A stretch of DNA of 64,000 bases from Owenia fusiformis (taxonomy: Eukaryota), in contig CAIIXF020000001.1 of the NCBI GenBank assembly GCA_903813345.2, forward strand, positions 7,936,001 through 8,000,000, read 5' to 3'. The notes beneath the pieces were generated by a model. It was not told the origin of the DNA and did no database searches. It saw only the letters and a program-made list of their open reading frames with translations. Positions 24,513-38,285 of the stretch are shown one piece after another (within the stretch, counting starts at the first letter, position 1; every line of letters begins with the position of its first letter). The translations under genes were made by a program, and so were the position numbers.

Positions 24513-25045
24513 ATTATCCTATATGAGGTTCAGGATATTGGGATTATCCCGAGGCAAATATAATATATTTGCCCGAGGGCCGCAGGTCCCGAGGGAAAAT
24601 ATATTATATTGGCCAAGGGATAATCCCAATATCCTGAACCGACTATAGGATAATATGTTTATCCCATACCAATCTTGGTCATCTGGTTCACATTGTTCAA
24701 TCGTGGAAATATTCTAGAATATTCATGTCCAGTTTTGTTTTCTTGGCCGTGGGCGGATTTTTTTGTTCTCTCAAAATATTCCCACATTTATTTTCTCGAA
24801 TTTTTTAAGTGAATGCTCCTTCCATTTTTTAAACCATCAAACAGATCGCCGTTGTCGTTTACAGTCATTACGCGAACGTTACAAATTATGAACAAATATG
24901 CGAGCGGCGATTATGACGTAGCGGGCAGATATACTATATCTGCCCGCTCGGAGCGGGACGTAAAGCTATATCTGCCCGCTGATGAAAATATAAGTTTTTA
25001 CAAACCGGCTTTATGTACCTGTAACACGTCCAAGTATGGGATAAA
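24513..25045. mobile_element. Hairpin-type non-autonomous element with GC-rich centre; degraded copy at ~22213-22334
   Basis: Inverted arms 24513-24654 around ccgagggccgcaggtcccgaggg; ttatcccatac (24659) / gtatgggataa (25034). Confidence 0.6.
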
Positions 25046-25186
25046 ACTATTTACAAACCTGCTTTATGTACATAAAACATATCCACATATGGGATAAAGA
25101 TTATCCACCCTACAATGTAAAAATATAGGATGTCAGTCACATGGGCCAGTCAGAACACTAGAAATTGCACCATTATTTAATAAATG

Positions 25187-25595
25187 CAGGGGTTTCACTA
25201 GAATTTTTCACAACAGGCTAAATAAATGAAAACAGGCAAAATTAATAGAAATCAAAAATTTAAGGTCTCATGATACTTACAGGAAATGACAAAACCATGC
25301 TGGATTTCAAACATTATTGGGCAAATTTTTCTGAAAAATTTAAAAGGTTCCGTTTAGTGACCTTTCCTAAGCTCCTACTTTTAGCTATTTTTCAGTCACA
25401 TTTTCAGAGGGCTGAAAACGTTATTTCATTATATTTAAGGTCATTCTGATTCTTTGTGATCCTGGTCATGTAAATGATATGTGGAACTAATTAAACTAAC
25501 TGGAGGTCAAAAGAGAACTCTGTAATCTTGGTTCAAAAAATTCAAAATCCAGCATGGTTTTGTCACTCTATGTTGCGCTGCTAATGAAACCCCTG
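25187..25595. mobile_element. MITE with CAGGGG TIR and 5-bp TSD
   Basis: caggggtttcactag ... ctaatgaaacccctg, AAATG on both sides; internal IR tgacaaaaccatgctggattt / aaatccagcatggttttgtca. Confidence 0.88.
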
Positions 25596-26449
25596 AAATG
25601 GACATATTTCTTTTTACAGCACAAGTCTCGCCCAATATATTTATGTATATATTAAATACAATATGCAAAAACATAAAAAATGCTGATCAATCTAATCATG
25701 CCAAAGTTTACATGTATGAGAACCAACTTTCTCACCAATCTCACCATCGCACTATGCTAGATATGGGGGTCAAATACAGATCATCAAAACATCTGTAGCA
25801 TTTGGAATTTATTCGTTTTATACATAACTGGCGTTGTGTTGGTCATTTTCTCGGTTTACATAATTGCTATCCTTGAGCATGCAGATGTTAAACACAACAG
25901 TATATAGGATTACAATGTATATTCAACTGAGAGGCCTAATTATGAACAGGATTAAATTATGTGATAATGCAGTATTATTGATTCATCTTCTGAGATTGGT
26001 TTCATTTCTTCAGTAAGACAAATTGCATTGATGTTTTAATTATCCCCAGGGCAATGATCGAGCAGTAAAATGGTCATGAAACAAATGTGCTTAATCCTGT
26101 CCTTGATAAGTGAGTGGGATTATGCCACTTGCATTCCCAGTTACTGATCACTTTAAGAGCCAGTATCATGATAAGTCTGATACATACCCAACACTGATTA
26201 GGAGGAATCGATAAAAGAATGCTTATTAATTAAAAGGGGTTATTCAGATCTTGGTCAAATGAATTCTGTGTAGTGTGTTATATAAGTTGTGTAGTGTAAA
26301 ACAGGATATAAGAACAAAAATATACAATTTGTGTATCAGGCTCTTTGAATTAATCGATACTCAGCAACTAAACACAAGGAAAAAAAGTGCAATTCAGAGA
26401 AGCAATCCTTCCATATAAAAGGAAATTCATACATAATTCAACAAGGAAA

Positions 26450-26750
26450 TAGAAGGCTGTGCCTGATCTTTGCTGTGAAAGGGTTTGAAGTGAACGCCAA
26501 GGGATCGCAAATCCAGATAAACCTGCTACATTTAACATTGAGGTTCCAATCGTAAAAATGCTTTCTGATCAATACTTCTCGTAGATCCAATCACCTCTAC
26601 ACTTTCCATTAGGAAGCAGGCTTTAAGGGTGATACGTTCAGAAGTAGACAGCGATTTTCATTATAAGTACTTGATAACCAAATTAGGTCATTCAGAATCA
26701 CTTCAACACACAAGATCACTTGCAGACATTCGCTTCATGGAGTAGGACAT
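26450..26750 (+). pseudogene. Possible decayed LINE (CR1/L2-like) ORF2 C-terminal remnant
   Basis: QALRVIRSEVDSDFHYKYLITKLGHSESLQHTRSLADIRFME resembles the post-RT tail pattern; weak. Confidence 0.3.
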
Positions 26751-28588
26751 TAAAATTGAGGCTTATACCATATATGACTCAATTTTTGAACTGGTACTTA
26801 AGCAAATATTATGCTGTCAATGTGAAGAGAATATACAATCCTGAGTGGACAACATAAATCTCTAAAGCATTGTTGCCTCACTCCTCTACCAGAATGTTTG
26901 GGAATAAGGTAAATATATTTTGCTTTTGCATTTAAAAGACCTACCTGTAATTCTAATCTCAAAACACAGATAAGGATTTAATTTATAATGCTCTGTTACT
27001 TGACCATCAATAGAAAGACACAAATTCTCCTTTTTGAAAATATCACATGCTTGGATACAACTGACAAATTCAGGAAAGACTATGACATAGCTGTCATTAT
27101 AATGTTCATGTTATACATTTTCTAATCATTTAAAAAGGTGCAATTTATTACCAACTTCAAGAAAAGCAAGTAATTTGATACAAATACACAGAATTTAAAA
27201 TGAACAAGTTATTTTTTTTAAATGTTATGATTTTTTCACCTACTGAACCTTTTTACAACATTTAATACAAAAATTTCTGAAGGAAAAATATCTTCATTCA
27301 TGTTTTACATGTTTAAAGATATAAAAGATACAGGCTTGGTCTGACAAATGAATTTAGACAGATATCTATGACCATGAGAATAAAACCATAAATACCCAGG
27401 TATCAAGAAAAAGAAAAAAGAAAAAAAGCCCCATAGGTTAAATTACATGGTCGCATCAATGTTTCAACAACAAAAAACTCATCTGAGCTCACTAACACTC
27501 ACATAATTATTTTGAAAGACATCATGGTTTATTGCAATCAAAATCCTGTGGTGCACTAGCAACAAGCCCGCGCAGTTGACATACGCTGTTACCTGACAAT
27601 TTTGACACCTTGTAATTAGCGGATGAACTGCTTTTGTTGAAAACGTGTGAGCATGTAATTTGCAACATATTGGCTCATAGTTTTTTTTGTGATACCTAGG
27701 GGGAATACTTATGACATATTATGCAATTCACCCGCACGTGGGTAGTTCAAAAATGTGGTCCAGACTTACTTTTTAAAAAGAGATGCTAATCAACATGGGC
27801 AAGTTTGTCTCATTGTAAACCAAAAACATTATGGCTTGATTAATTGACCAATATATTAACTATTGACTATCATGGATATTTTCAACATTTGCTTATACAT
27901 TACAGTGTTTTGATGGATAGCCAATAAGCATGCTTAACATTGATCAATGTAGTTTTGATATTTTTCTTTTATCCATACAAGCATATTACTTACATGGTCC
28001 CTGGTCAATATTGCATGGTAAACCTTTACTTGGTCTGAGTAGTTTTTGCGATTTATGAGGCCACTAAATGTGATAAACTGACATAAAGAAAGAAAGGATG
28101 ACAGCTATCCCATTGAACTGGGTAATAATCCTCTTCTGTGTATAGCATGGAAATGTAGATAGCATACTCTAAGTAGTTATTTATGTGCTAAAGGGCAGCA
28201 GGAAGTAAGAATGGGTCAGCATGATGATGAAATACAAGTGAATGTCTAACTATGATTACAGATTTTGTTAAAATATGCAATGCATCAAATGAGGATTAAC
28301 TTTTGATAAAAAATTAAACTGCAGATTTCCTTTGCTTACCTAAAAGAACTCACCCTATAGGAACTGACTTGATGTTAAGTCACATTTCAAATGTATGTAT
28401 GGATCATTTCAAGCTCATTGATAAATAGTTATTCTATCTTATAATAAGCACTTCCCCAATTCAAACCCATGGACAGTTGGGCAGATGGACAAAAAGGTGA
28501 CAGAAAAATTATTGGGCAATTCCATAGGCTCACTTTATTAACCAAGAAACAAGACACATGGTGATTACACCCTGAGAAGAGAAGCAGT

Positions 28589-29160
28589 ATCACACCGGAA
28601 TAGCCTGACAACGGTAAAGTCAGATACTGTTGTCACAAATGGCGAATATATAAGCACTAGTGCCAAAGGGAAAGGACCAAAAGTTGTAATGGAACTTAGC
28701 AAGAAAAAGCAAACTACATAACCGTCGCTTCAACCCTTCAATCACCTTGTCCTCGTTTCATGAGACTTTATCGCCGCTAATTTTGTGCATGTATTAAGCT
28801 CTTCTGATGATGTATCATATGAAATCCTAAGTTTGATCAAATTGGGTCGTGAATCTCTACAATATAGCGTCTTCGATATCGTCAATGACAATGGAATCTG
28901 AATTTAAAATAATTAACCATATGCCGTTGTCTTTGTAAATTATCCCAAATTCAGATTCCGTTGTCATTGACGATATCGAAGATGCTATACTGTGGCGACA
29001 GTACCGTTGTCAGGCTATTCTGATGTGAGTATGTATTATGTCTATATAGATAAGCGGAGGTCAACATTTGACAATGTCTATATGTCCTTATGATTGGTGT
29101 ACTCTAAGATGTTTTCTTTCTTTGTTCTATAACAATTTTAAATCCTTTCCCTTTGGCACT
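28589..29160. repeat. Cluster of three inverted-repeat pairs (foldback element remnants)
   Basis: gaatagcctgacaacggta / taccgttgtcaggctattc; 28863-28905 versus 28947-28989; agtgccaaagggaaagga / tcctttccctttggcact. Confidence 0.75.
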
Positions 29161-31679
29161 TGACTACATGCATGCATATTCAGTTTCTGCAAAAGATTGT
29201 CAAACCAATTTTGAAGCATATTCAACAACAAGGACAATAAACATAACAGAAAATTCTAATGCAGGCTTGTGAATTTGGAAATTTCTGAATCTTATTTCAT
29301 CAATACTTTCCATTTGTGACAGTGTAGCTCAATTAAAATTGTAAGGGAAACAATGACATGCTTTTTACTCTTTTACTTTCTTTAAAATCAATAGAAATTG
29401 ACAAACTGACATCAATCTCCTGTCCATAAAGATCAAATCTTGAATGAAGAAGGTGAATGAAAACTGAAAAGGTGAAATTAGCAAATTTCAGGATTTTGGC
29501 AGGTCACTTACTAAGCTGAGGATTTCTTATGCTTTTAAATTTTTAGAAAACAAGATTTGTAACAGTTTTTGTTGGGGTTCCAAGTTACTCTGAGGTTTTG
29601 AAATATATCTATAGTGCTCCCTATGAACAGAAACTTTCCTCATGGATGGTAAATGCCAAGAGCCTATTGGGAACAACTGCCAGGCTACCATTTTCTAATC
29701 ATTTTATTTAGCCTGGGATTTACAGTTTTTACACTATTATACCCCCAGGGGTCTGCATGTATTTTCTATGGTATCATGCATGGGTTATAAAAATATCTGA
29801 GTGTCTATGATGTATGTCTGGACATGTTGAAATAGAGTTGAGTTGTCCAGGAGTAAATAGTATTTTTACCATAAATTGAGAAGATTGTATCTGTTGAGTA
29901 ATGCTGTGTTCCCTAGTTCCCTGAAAAAGTAGTTCTTTGGATAACATAAAGGGGACAGCCAAGGAAATAATGAAGGGGTGTATCTTGTCTAATTCTACAA
30001 GCACTTGAAGTCTGAGGGTGTAAGAGAAACATTGATAGTTCAAGGCACTGAGACCAATTCGTATTCTTCCATGATTGATTGTAGATTTGCTTGCTTTTAA
30101 TGCGTATAGTTTATTTTTAAATAGATGGAGAGATACGATGTTCTGAAATAATTGGAAGAAATGACTTGTAATTATGTAATATTAAGTCTGCAAAAAGGTA
30201 CATTGAAGAAATCTTGAGCCATTTTCTTAAGCCATATCTGGTCTGCTTTTGGGAGAGGCTATCATGTAACATTGCCCCTGTCCATTCAGGTGGCAACAAT
30301 ATCATGATTATTGAGTAGCTTGTTATTATGGGGGATTAGATTTACTTTACTAGGCAGACAAGATTTTAGAATCAAAAATGGCCATCTTTTTAGCAGCATG
30401 CTCAAAAATAAATCAGTTCTCAAAAAATTGGTTTGCCAATAACAATATAGCCCTCAACGGTACAATAAAACCCATTTCCAGCAAACTATCAAACACTCAA
30501 GAAACAATGTCCAATGACCTCATACCCCCAACATCAGATAACCAGTATCAGATAATCCAATTCCACAAAATTATAAGATACATTCATATAGATCATAGAA
30601 CTGGAGAAGTGGAAACAGGATCTGAGTTAAGAGTGTCAGTAATGATTTTAATTATAGCTGATTGCATGCTATATGCATATTAAAAGCGTTAAAAACAACA
30701 AGCTATACTAGCAAATACTAAATCCTAGACATAAAGTCAGATGAACATGTCACAATTGGCTGATGAAAACATCATATATGCCTGTAATATATCTAATGCA
30801 CCTTCCTAACATGCAAATATCTACTTACAATTACATTAGACTAAGTTACCACACATGAGGTAATCAGGATCTTATATTCAGTCAGGATGTATTTGGATTA
30901 GATTAATGCATTAGAATTTGATATTTTGATTATCATACTTTTGAAGGGATATTTTGCCTGCTACTATATGGGTTTCATCTCACCTTAAAGTGGCAGCATT
31001 CATTTCAGATGTTGTTGTGTCAAAAGTCAATAAATTGAATTCCAAGTCCAGAATTATAGCCGGAAACCCCCAATGCCAATCTCTTATATTAGAGACTGCC
31101 AATATTTAAAATGAACAAAATTTAGCATGAGGAGAGAAGTAGTTATTAAGCTTTTGAGAATTTAGTACTCATTCAAAAGCACCTTCCACTTTGCATGAGA
31201 TGAAATGTGGTATGATCTTGCATGTGTGCTAGGTTCCTCAACTAGTTTTTATATTCAATGTTAGTATTCTTTTTAATGTATTCTTCAGCAAGCAATTTGG
31301 ATTGTGATAAAATGATTCCTAAATGGAGGAGATGGGAAGGACGTGTTGGGCAAGTTTCTTTGTCAGGTGATTTTTTGGAATTTGGAGAATTGTTTCTTTA
31401 CGTGATACGAATGGTATTTTCCCCCTCTATATTTTTGCCTAAAAACATGTCAGGTGTTAATAGAGCATCTGTTCTGTAGTATCTATAGTGTGACAATAAA
31501 TATAAATATTATTCAGGATAAACACCATCATTAATGGATAGAGAGTAATTCTATCACATCAAAATATGTTTATATTACATACAGTGTTTTTATAATATAA
31601 AGTGAAGAATAATAAATCAGATCTTGGATCATGTTCATCAGTTCCATATATACACAGTGCGGTAACCGTTATGATACTT

Positions 31680-32286
31680 CACTGGTTATTAGTATCAAGC
31701 GAAGGTAACCGACATCACCTTCTCATCAAAGATAGCGGACGGGAACTGTCAGTTTTGATATTTTTAGTTTTCATCGAATTAAACTTTGCTTTGATATTTG
31801 AACCAAATCAGACTCATGTCACATGGGAACTATGGAATATGATAATGTGTTCATACACCATGCGTGAGCGCCACAGTTAAAGGATATCTTCCAACGCTTA
31901 AGGGAAGGTAACTGGAAATGTAAGATACGGTTACGGTCATGTTAGTTTTCAATACATGGTAACGAGACATCTTAGCTCTTCATTATAAACTCTCATAACC
32001 TTACCGCATATCAGTCATCTTATCATCTGTAAAACCAAAATCCCAGTTACCTTCCCTTAAGTGGTGGAAGATATCCTTGAACTGTGGAGCCCACGCATGG
32101 TATATGAACAAATGATCATAGAGTTTCCATGTCATATAAGTCGGGTTTAGTTCAAATATCAAAGCAGTGCGTCAACTTTAAAGTAGATTAATTCAATGAA
32201 AACTAAAATTATTGAAATTGACACTTCCCTCCAACATATTAGATGCAAAGGTGACGGCTGTTACCTTCGCTTGATACTGACCAGTG
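31680..32286. mobile_element. Foldback MITE with long inverted arms and 7-bp TSD
   Basis: cactggt...agtatcaagcgaaggtaac mirrored by gttaccttcgcttgatact...accagtg; GATACTT on both sides. Confidence 0.85.
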
Positions 32287-34342
32287 GATACTTATAGTTT
32301 TTGTTTTGTGGCAATTACAACACTTTCTAAGATGGTGAGAAATAGATTGTTTGCCATTTTGCTCTGTTGATGAGTACATTTCATATTCATAATCTCATTC
32401 TCATAGAATATATTTTTCAAATTGCTAGCACAAATATTTCGAGAGGAATTTTCTGAAAAGTGGCAATTCATGCACACATGCTTTGACGGAAACAGGGTTT
32501 AGCTTCTTGACCTAGTGGTGAACCATATTGGAATTCATGTAATGCTAGATGTCTTTAATATCAGAAGATAAATAATATGCCTCAAATCAGCTCCTCGACC
32601 TTTTCTATATCTATGCACATGACAGAATCAAGATAAATGTCCAATTAATTGCAGAAAGGCATAGTAAAGATAGACAAATAGCTAATGCTACAGAAGCTAA
32701 TTAAAGGAAATGTCAAAACTGTTTGTTGATGTCAAAGTTGATAAGTGCAAATTTGACATGATTACACATGTGACAATATCTTCACCCAGAGTGTCAAGAT
32801 CAGGTCGCACATGCTAATAGACTGCATTACAATAGGATGGTTCCTGGAAACAAGTAAATGGCTAGTGCAATAAATGACTCCAAAATTGCTGTTTTTGTCC
32901 TGTTAATCTACCGCCAACTCAAAGATTGTTATGTCGTTAATGCCATAAATGTAATTTACAATCTACATGGTGCTACCTGGGATGGTGCTTAATGTATAGA
33001 AAAGTAGAATTCAATGGCTTCTAGGATTACATCCAAAGCCAATGTACTCGCTGTTTCTAAGAGCTCGTCATTAAAACACAAAAACATCTCATAATATGTC
33101 AGGTAATTTTATAAGTCAATAAAGTAATATACAATAAACAAATCACTGATATTGATAAAATCATTCATAATGTTTATTCAGGTATTTAGTAAATCCTGTG
33201 TTTATGAGCACCTTTCTCTGGTGGATACCTGCCTTCAGTGCACATTTTTCTCCCATTGACTCTCATGTTAAATAACTGTCTTATAATAAACATTTAATCT
33301 TGGCTAATTCATTACAATTGACCTATATTTCGTCTTTATTGAACATTGAAGAAAGAAGAAATGAACTTTTACTTGACAATATGTGAAATTTCATCAACTT
33401 TATTTAAGTAAAGTGTTTTTTCTCAATTATGGATATAATAATTAAATTATGTACATAATGTTTTTGACAGATCGAATCAAATTAAAAACAAGATTCAATT
33501 CAGAAAATAAAAATGAATCCTTAGTGGTGAATCTGAATACATGAATTGAAAGGAAATTCAATTTGGCTCCAATACAAAGCTGAGTTGAGACCAAAGTTGA
33601 GACCAAATATGACAAAACAAAATACCAGGACACCAAATCCTTTCTGTAGTAACATTTACCTATAGTGACAGCAAAAAATGTTCACTCTACACAGGCCTTA
33701 CTGTATATGACTTCATGACTGCAGTTCATGACATACTTGTAAATTATATCATTGGTCTTCAACTGTTAGACTACAAATAATGCTGTCACGGATGGACTAC
33801 ATTTAATTCTCTAAAGAATGTAGTCCAAAAAAACAAAAAACAAACTAGCGATTATAAAACCTTGTTGCCCCTTCTCATTAGTCTGAAAAGAGGTGTTGAA
33901 TAATTGCTTGAAAAAATGTTCATGGTGTGAGTAATAGTGTCTTCAGTAAGAGAGTTGTATTGATCCAAATTCAGCGTAGAGAATTAGAAAACAGCGCTGG
34001 TGCTGAAGTAATCATCCCATCACAATTAATTGTAATGCATGCAGCGTACAGAATTCATTTATTTGATTTAGTTGTTCATATCACTTTGGAAAATAAACGA
34101 GCACTCCGTTGGACATTTTTCTTCAAGGTTATATTCAGAAGAACTAATAATTAGATACATCTCATTATGTCCTGCAAATCTATCTTTAAGGCACTTGATT
34201 TCAATTCAATGTAATAGTGACACTGACAAAAGGTCTGTGAGGCAGTAACCATGGTAACCATATCTTAACTATTAAATAGCCAATTATGGTAATGGAAAGC
34301 TTCAAAATACATGTAATATTTTAAAATGGCCAATTTTGATTA

Positions 34343-34861
34343 TGGCCTAGTCACATATCCCGGCCGATGAGGTAACGATGAGCCAGCGATGCAATTTTCA
34401 CCGGAAAACACGTCGGCCGGTGCACGGCCGAGTATCGGCCGGTGTCCCGTGCATCTGAGACAACCAGAGGACGAGGTTTTTTAACAGACAGCGGCCGAGC
34501 TCCGACCGAGCTCCGGCCGATGTGGGACAGAGCATCGGCCGGTCACTGTCCAAAGCCCGTTAACAACCCGGCCGGCGATCGCACGGTGTCCTGTTACCTG
34601 CTCGGGTACCGGCCGTATTCCTTCTGATGTCCGGCCGACCTCCGGCCGGTAGTTGCTGCCACATCGGCAGAAAAAAACTACCATTTTGAGACAGACTCCG
34701 TACGGTCACCGGCCGGTGTTCGGTCGGTCGCCTGAAGATGTCCGGACGGAGTCCGTTCACGTCACCGAGCTCTGCTTCCGATGAGGAGAGCTCGGTGGCA
34801 CCAAAAAAATCCACCGAGCTCTACCGATGCCGGACATCGGCCGGGCTATGTGACTAGGCCA
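34343..34861. mobile_element. GC-rich PIF/Harbinger-type MITE
   Basis: TIR tggcctagtcacatatcccggccgatg / catcggccgggctatgtgactaggcca; TTA TSD; many CGGCCG motifs. Confidence 0.9.
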
Positions 34862-36495
34862 TTAATCTTAGCAATAAAAAGTTTCATTTCTAGCATTACC
34901 TTGATATATAAGTGGAATAGCATTGATATTTATCTTGGGGAATAAGGCAAACACTGCTTAGATGCAAAGTAAGTATTATAGCTAAAACCCCAAAATATCA
35001 TTCTATGATGAATTCCAACATGTACTCACAAATGCCAAAAGGAAAGGACCAGAACACATAGCAAGAGAAGAAAACATCTAAGTGTACACAAGCCATAAGG
35101 AAAACAAACCCCAACAATCTCAAATACCATAATCCAATGTCAAAATCTCAAATACACAAAAACACAAAGTTTTGAAAATTGAATTCTAAAAATGACATTA
35201 TGAGCTCTTTATTTCTAGGTATATAATGCTTACACAATTTTAAATATATATAAGCAGTACATTTTTATATTCCTTCTTTTGGATTAATAGACTGGTAATA
35301 TTGAGCCCATGTTCAAAATATGACTGAGCCTTTACAGTTATTTCCCAAGGCCAACAACTCAGGGTACCATTTTACTTGAAAGCCTCAGTAAACAAATGTT
35401 ACCAATAGCATTAACTTGATTAAAGAATTAAGTCACTGTATGCATGACACTTACACTATTGTCTATCAAGCTAGAATTTAATCGATCACTGCTTCAATCC
35501 ATCAAAGACAAATTTATAGTAAGGTTAACTGTCAATTTGTGAGATGAGCTAGCAAACAAACCCTGTGAGCCTCAAGAACATAAGCAGAAAGTAGCTAATA
35601 TTGGGCCCGAATCGATTTTACAGTTTTTGTTAATCAATATCATCAGATCATAAAGAATATATTACTACAATCATCCCAACAAAGCAAGCAAAGAAACTCA
35701 TCAATCCACAGACTTACTGGTCAAAGAACAAGCTAATTTTCATATTGTTCATGTGAAAAGATGTGTTAGCTTTGAGGTAGAAGCTTAATGCTAACTGCAT
35801 CTGAATTTCCATTGAGAAGAGAGTCAAAATATGAGAAATATTCATATTCCATGTTTCCAATATCCAACTTATTTATCAATGGTATTAGAAATCATCATTT
35901 TATATTAGGGGTGTGATGTATATAAAGGCATAACACAGCATAATTCAGTCTGATACTTAATCCTTAGACTTCACAATTGGGCAACTCATTAATCATTTCA
36001 GTTATTTGAAATAAAATAAAAAACAGCACATCGCATACCTTCATATAATACATTGTGATAAGTATGAGAATCTCACTGAACATGACATGATGTTGCAAGA
36101 TATATAGAGTATTTCCTCTATATAGCAAAGATCCATAAACCATGGGATATGATACCATATATCATGGTGTAAAAGATGTATTCATTGGTTTAGTGAAAAT
36201 TTGCCACTGGTTACAAAAATTCCATTATAATTTTGACAACAGTATCCCAGGAAAGCCATGATAACCGTGAAATAATGTAATTTAAATATAAGATGTCAGT
36301 TTGGGTTAACATGATGTATCTCCATTGTGTAAAAAACAATCTACAGTAAAAAAGATATGGAAACACCAATCAATCAATGTGAATCTTGTCTAATTTAATC
36401 TATGTCTCCTATACTGTTTAGTATTCTAGCTAGAAACTCCCAAAACTTGAATGAAAGTTAAGGCAACCTAGAAAGGTTAATGGACAAAGTATGTA

Positions 36496-37336
36496 CAGGG
36501 TGAGTCAAAAAAGGTAACCCAAACATCCAGTACGTCATAATTGACACAACTGAACCATATTCAATGTTCTTTCATTGGTCTATTTCTAACAGTCACAATT
36601 TTATGGCCATTTTACAAAACATGCTCAAAATCCCAAAACATAACAAGAACACAAATGTGTACAAAATGTCCCCACAAATGGGTGATCCCATTGAATGGTT
36701 ATCCTGAAAATAAGTAGACAAGACTTTACCGACACAATTTGAGGATGGAAAATCCAAAATGGCCACCTTAAAATTTACCCAGAATGCCCAAAAATTAGTT
36801 AGTTCTAGATTTTTATACTAAGAACCACCCCTGAAAATTTGAAATTCATCCATCAAACGGATAACCAGAAAACATGGAAACAAAACTTTACAGACAAGAT
36901 TTTAGAATGGAAAATCCAAAATGGCTGCCTTGACATTTACCCAGAATGTCAAAAAACTAATCAGTTCAAGATTTTAATACTAAGAATCATCCTTGAAAAT
37001 TTGAAATTGATCTACCAAACGATTCACCTGAAAACGTGTAGACAAGACTTTACAGACAAGATTTTAGGACGGAAAATCCAAAATGGCTGCCTTGACATTT
37101 ACCCAGAATGCCAAAAACTAATCAAATTTAGATTTTCATACTAAGAATCGTCCCTGAAAATTCAAAATTGATCTACCAAACGGTTCACCTAAAAACACGT
37201 AGACAAGACTTTACAGGCAAGATGATAAGCTTTTTTGATAAGGCGGGGACTAACACTTAAAGGTGACATAAGCCCATATTCTGTGAATTGTCCCCAGGTC
37301 TGTGCACTTCGTAGTTACCTTTTTTGGCTCACCCTG
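36496..37336. mobile_element. Tc1/mariner-type TIR pair (MITE) interleaved with a HINE-like copy
   Basis: ta-cagggtgagtcaaaaaaggtaac versus gttacctttttttggctcaccctg; 37226-37315 also matches 42062-42187. Confidence 0.65.
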
Positions 37337-38285
37337 GAATAAAGTGAACGTTTATTGTCAATGCCATCCTGTACTTCTCATGCAATCAATACTTGGGTAC
37401 CTTTTCCTTTATGTATATGTTTGATATCACACAGGTTTTACAAAGGTAAGAATATGTAAGCACAAGTGTCAAAGGGAAAGGACCAAAAATTATTAGAGAA
37501 CCTGGCAAGAAAAAGAAAACATTTACGTGAATACCAGTCATAGGGAAAACGAAACTCAACTATCCGAAACCATAATCTAACGTGAAATGAAACAATGTCT
37601 AATATCCTCCTCCCGGCCATCATTTAAGTTCCATTATCAAATTCCAGGACCACAACACCAAGGGATATTTCATACAGAAGCCATCGCGTGTTAAGGAATG
37701 AATATAAGTTGATAAACCAATACTCATAACGTCAAAAATAGTTGTAAATACTATAGAATTCATATAGTCTTAAATAATGTTAGAAAGATAGGGTGTATCT
37801 CTGAGGTATAAATCACTAATGTTCCATTTTACTTTAGGTGTATACATAGATGAACATATTCACTGATAACCATTCAAAGTACAAATGTAGTTATTCACTG
37901 GCAAAAGGACTGACTCCATGCTATAGCATAGGTGCAATGATTTCACTTAAGTGTTTTGCTTTAGCATGTATATCTATATCACAAATGAGATTTTTTAGCT
38001 TATATGTAAGAATGAGGTGAGTTGAACAAGATTTTAATAACTGTGAAGCCGTTTCAAACAAGGATTTTAGCATTTGACTTCAAAATGGCCGACAGGAAGT
38101 AGATAGCGAGTTGAAATTTTTTCATCCACATCTGTATGCACTCATAAGTTACCCCTGAAAATTTGAAGGTGATATCTGTAGCCGTTTGGAGGAAACTGCC
38201 AGACACTCGGAACGGATGGATGGACAGACAGACACAAACATGCCTAGGCTGACAATATGGCCCCACACTATGTGGTGGGGACATA
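36643..38285 (+). mobile_element. HINE-like family 1, second copy (5' part 36643-37222, 3' part ~38008-38285)
   Basis: Same acaagaacacaaatgtgtacaaaatgtccccac start, ~3 monomers of the 162-bp repeat and the same 3' hairpin as 14230-16214. Confidence 0.85.

Noticed and set aside
29774-30683. ORFs 29774-30043, 30117-30305 and 30378-30683 as genes
   Set aside because: No recognisable domain; at most faint LINE-like remnants that I cannot support.
34442-34814. Overlapping GC-rich ORFs
   Set aside because: They lie within a TIR/TSD-bounded MITE; the open frames follow from high GC and show no recognisable domain.
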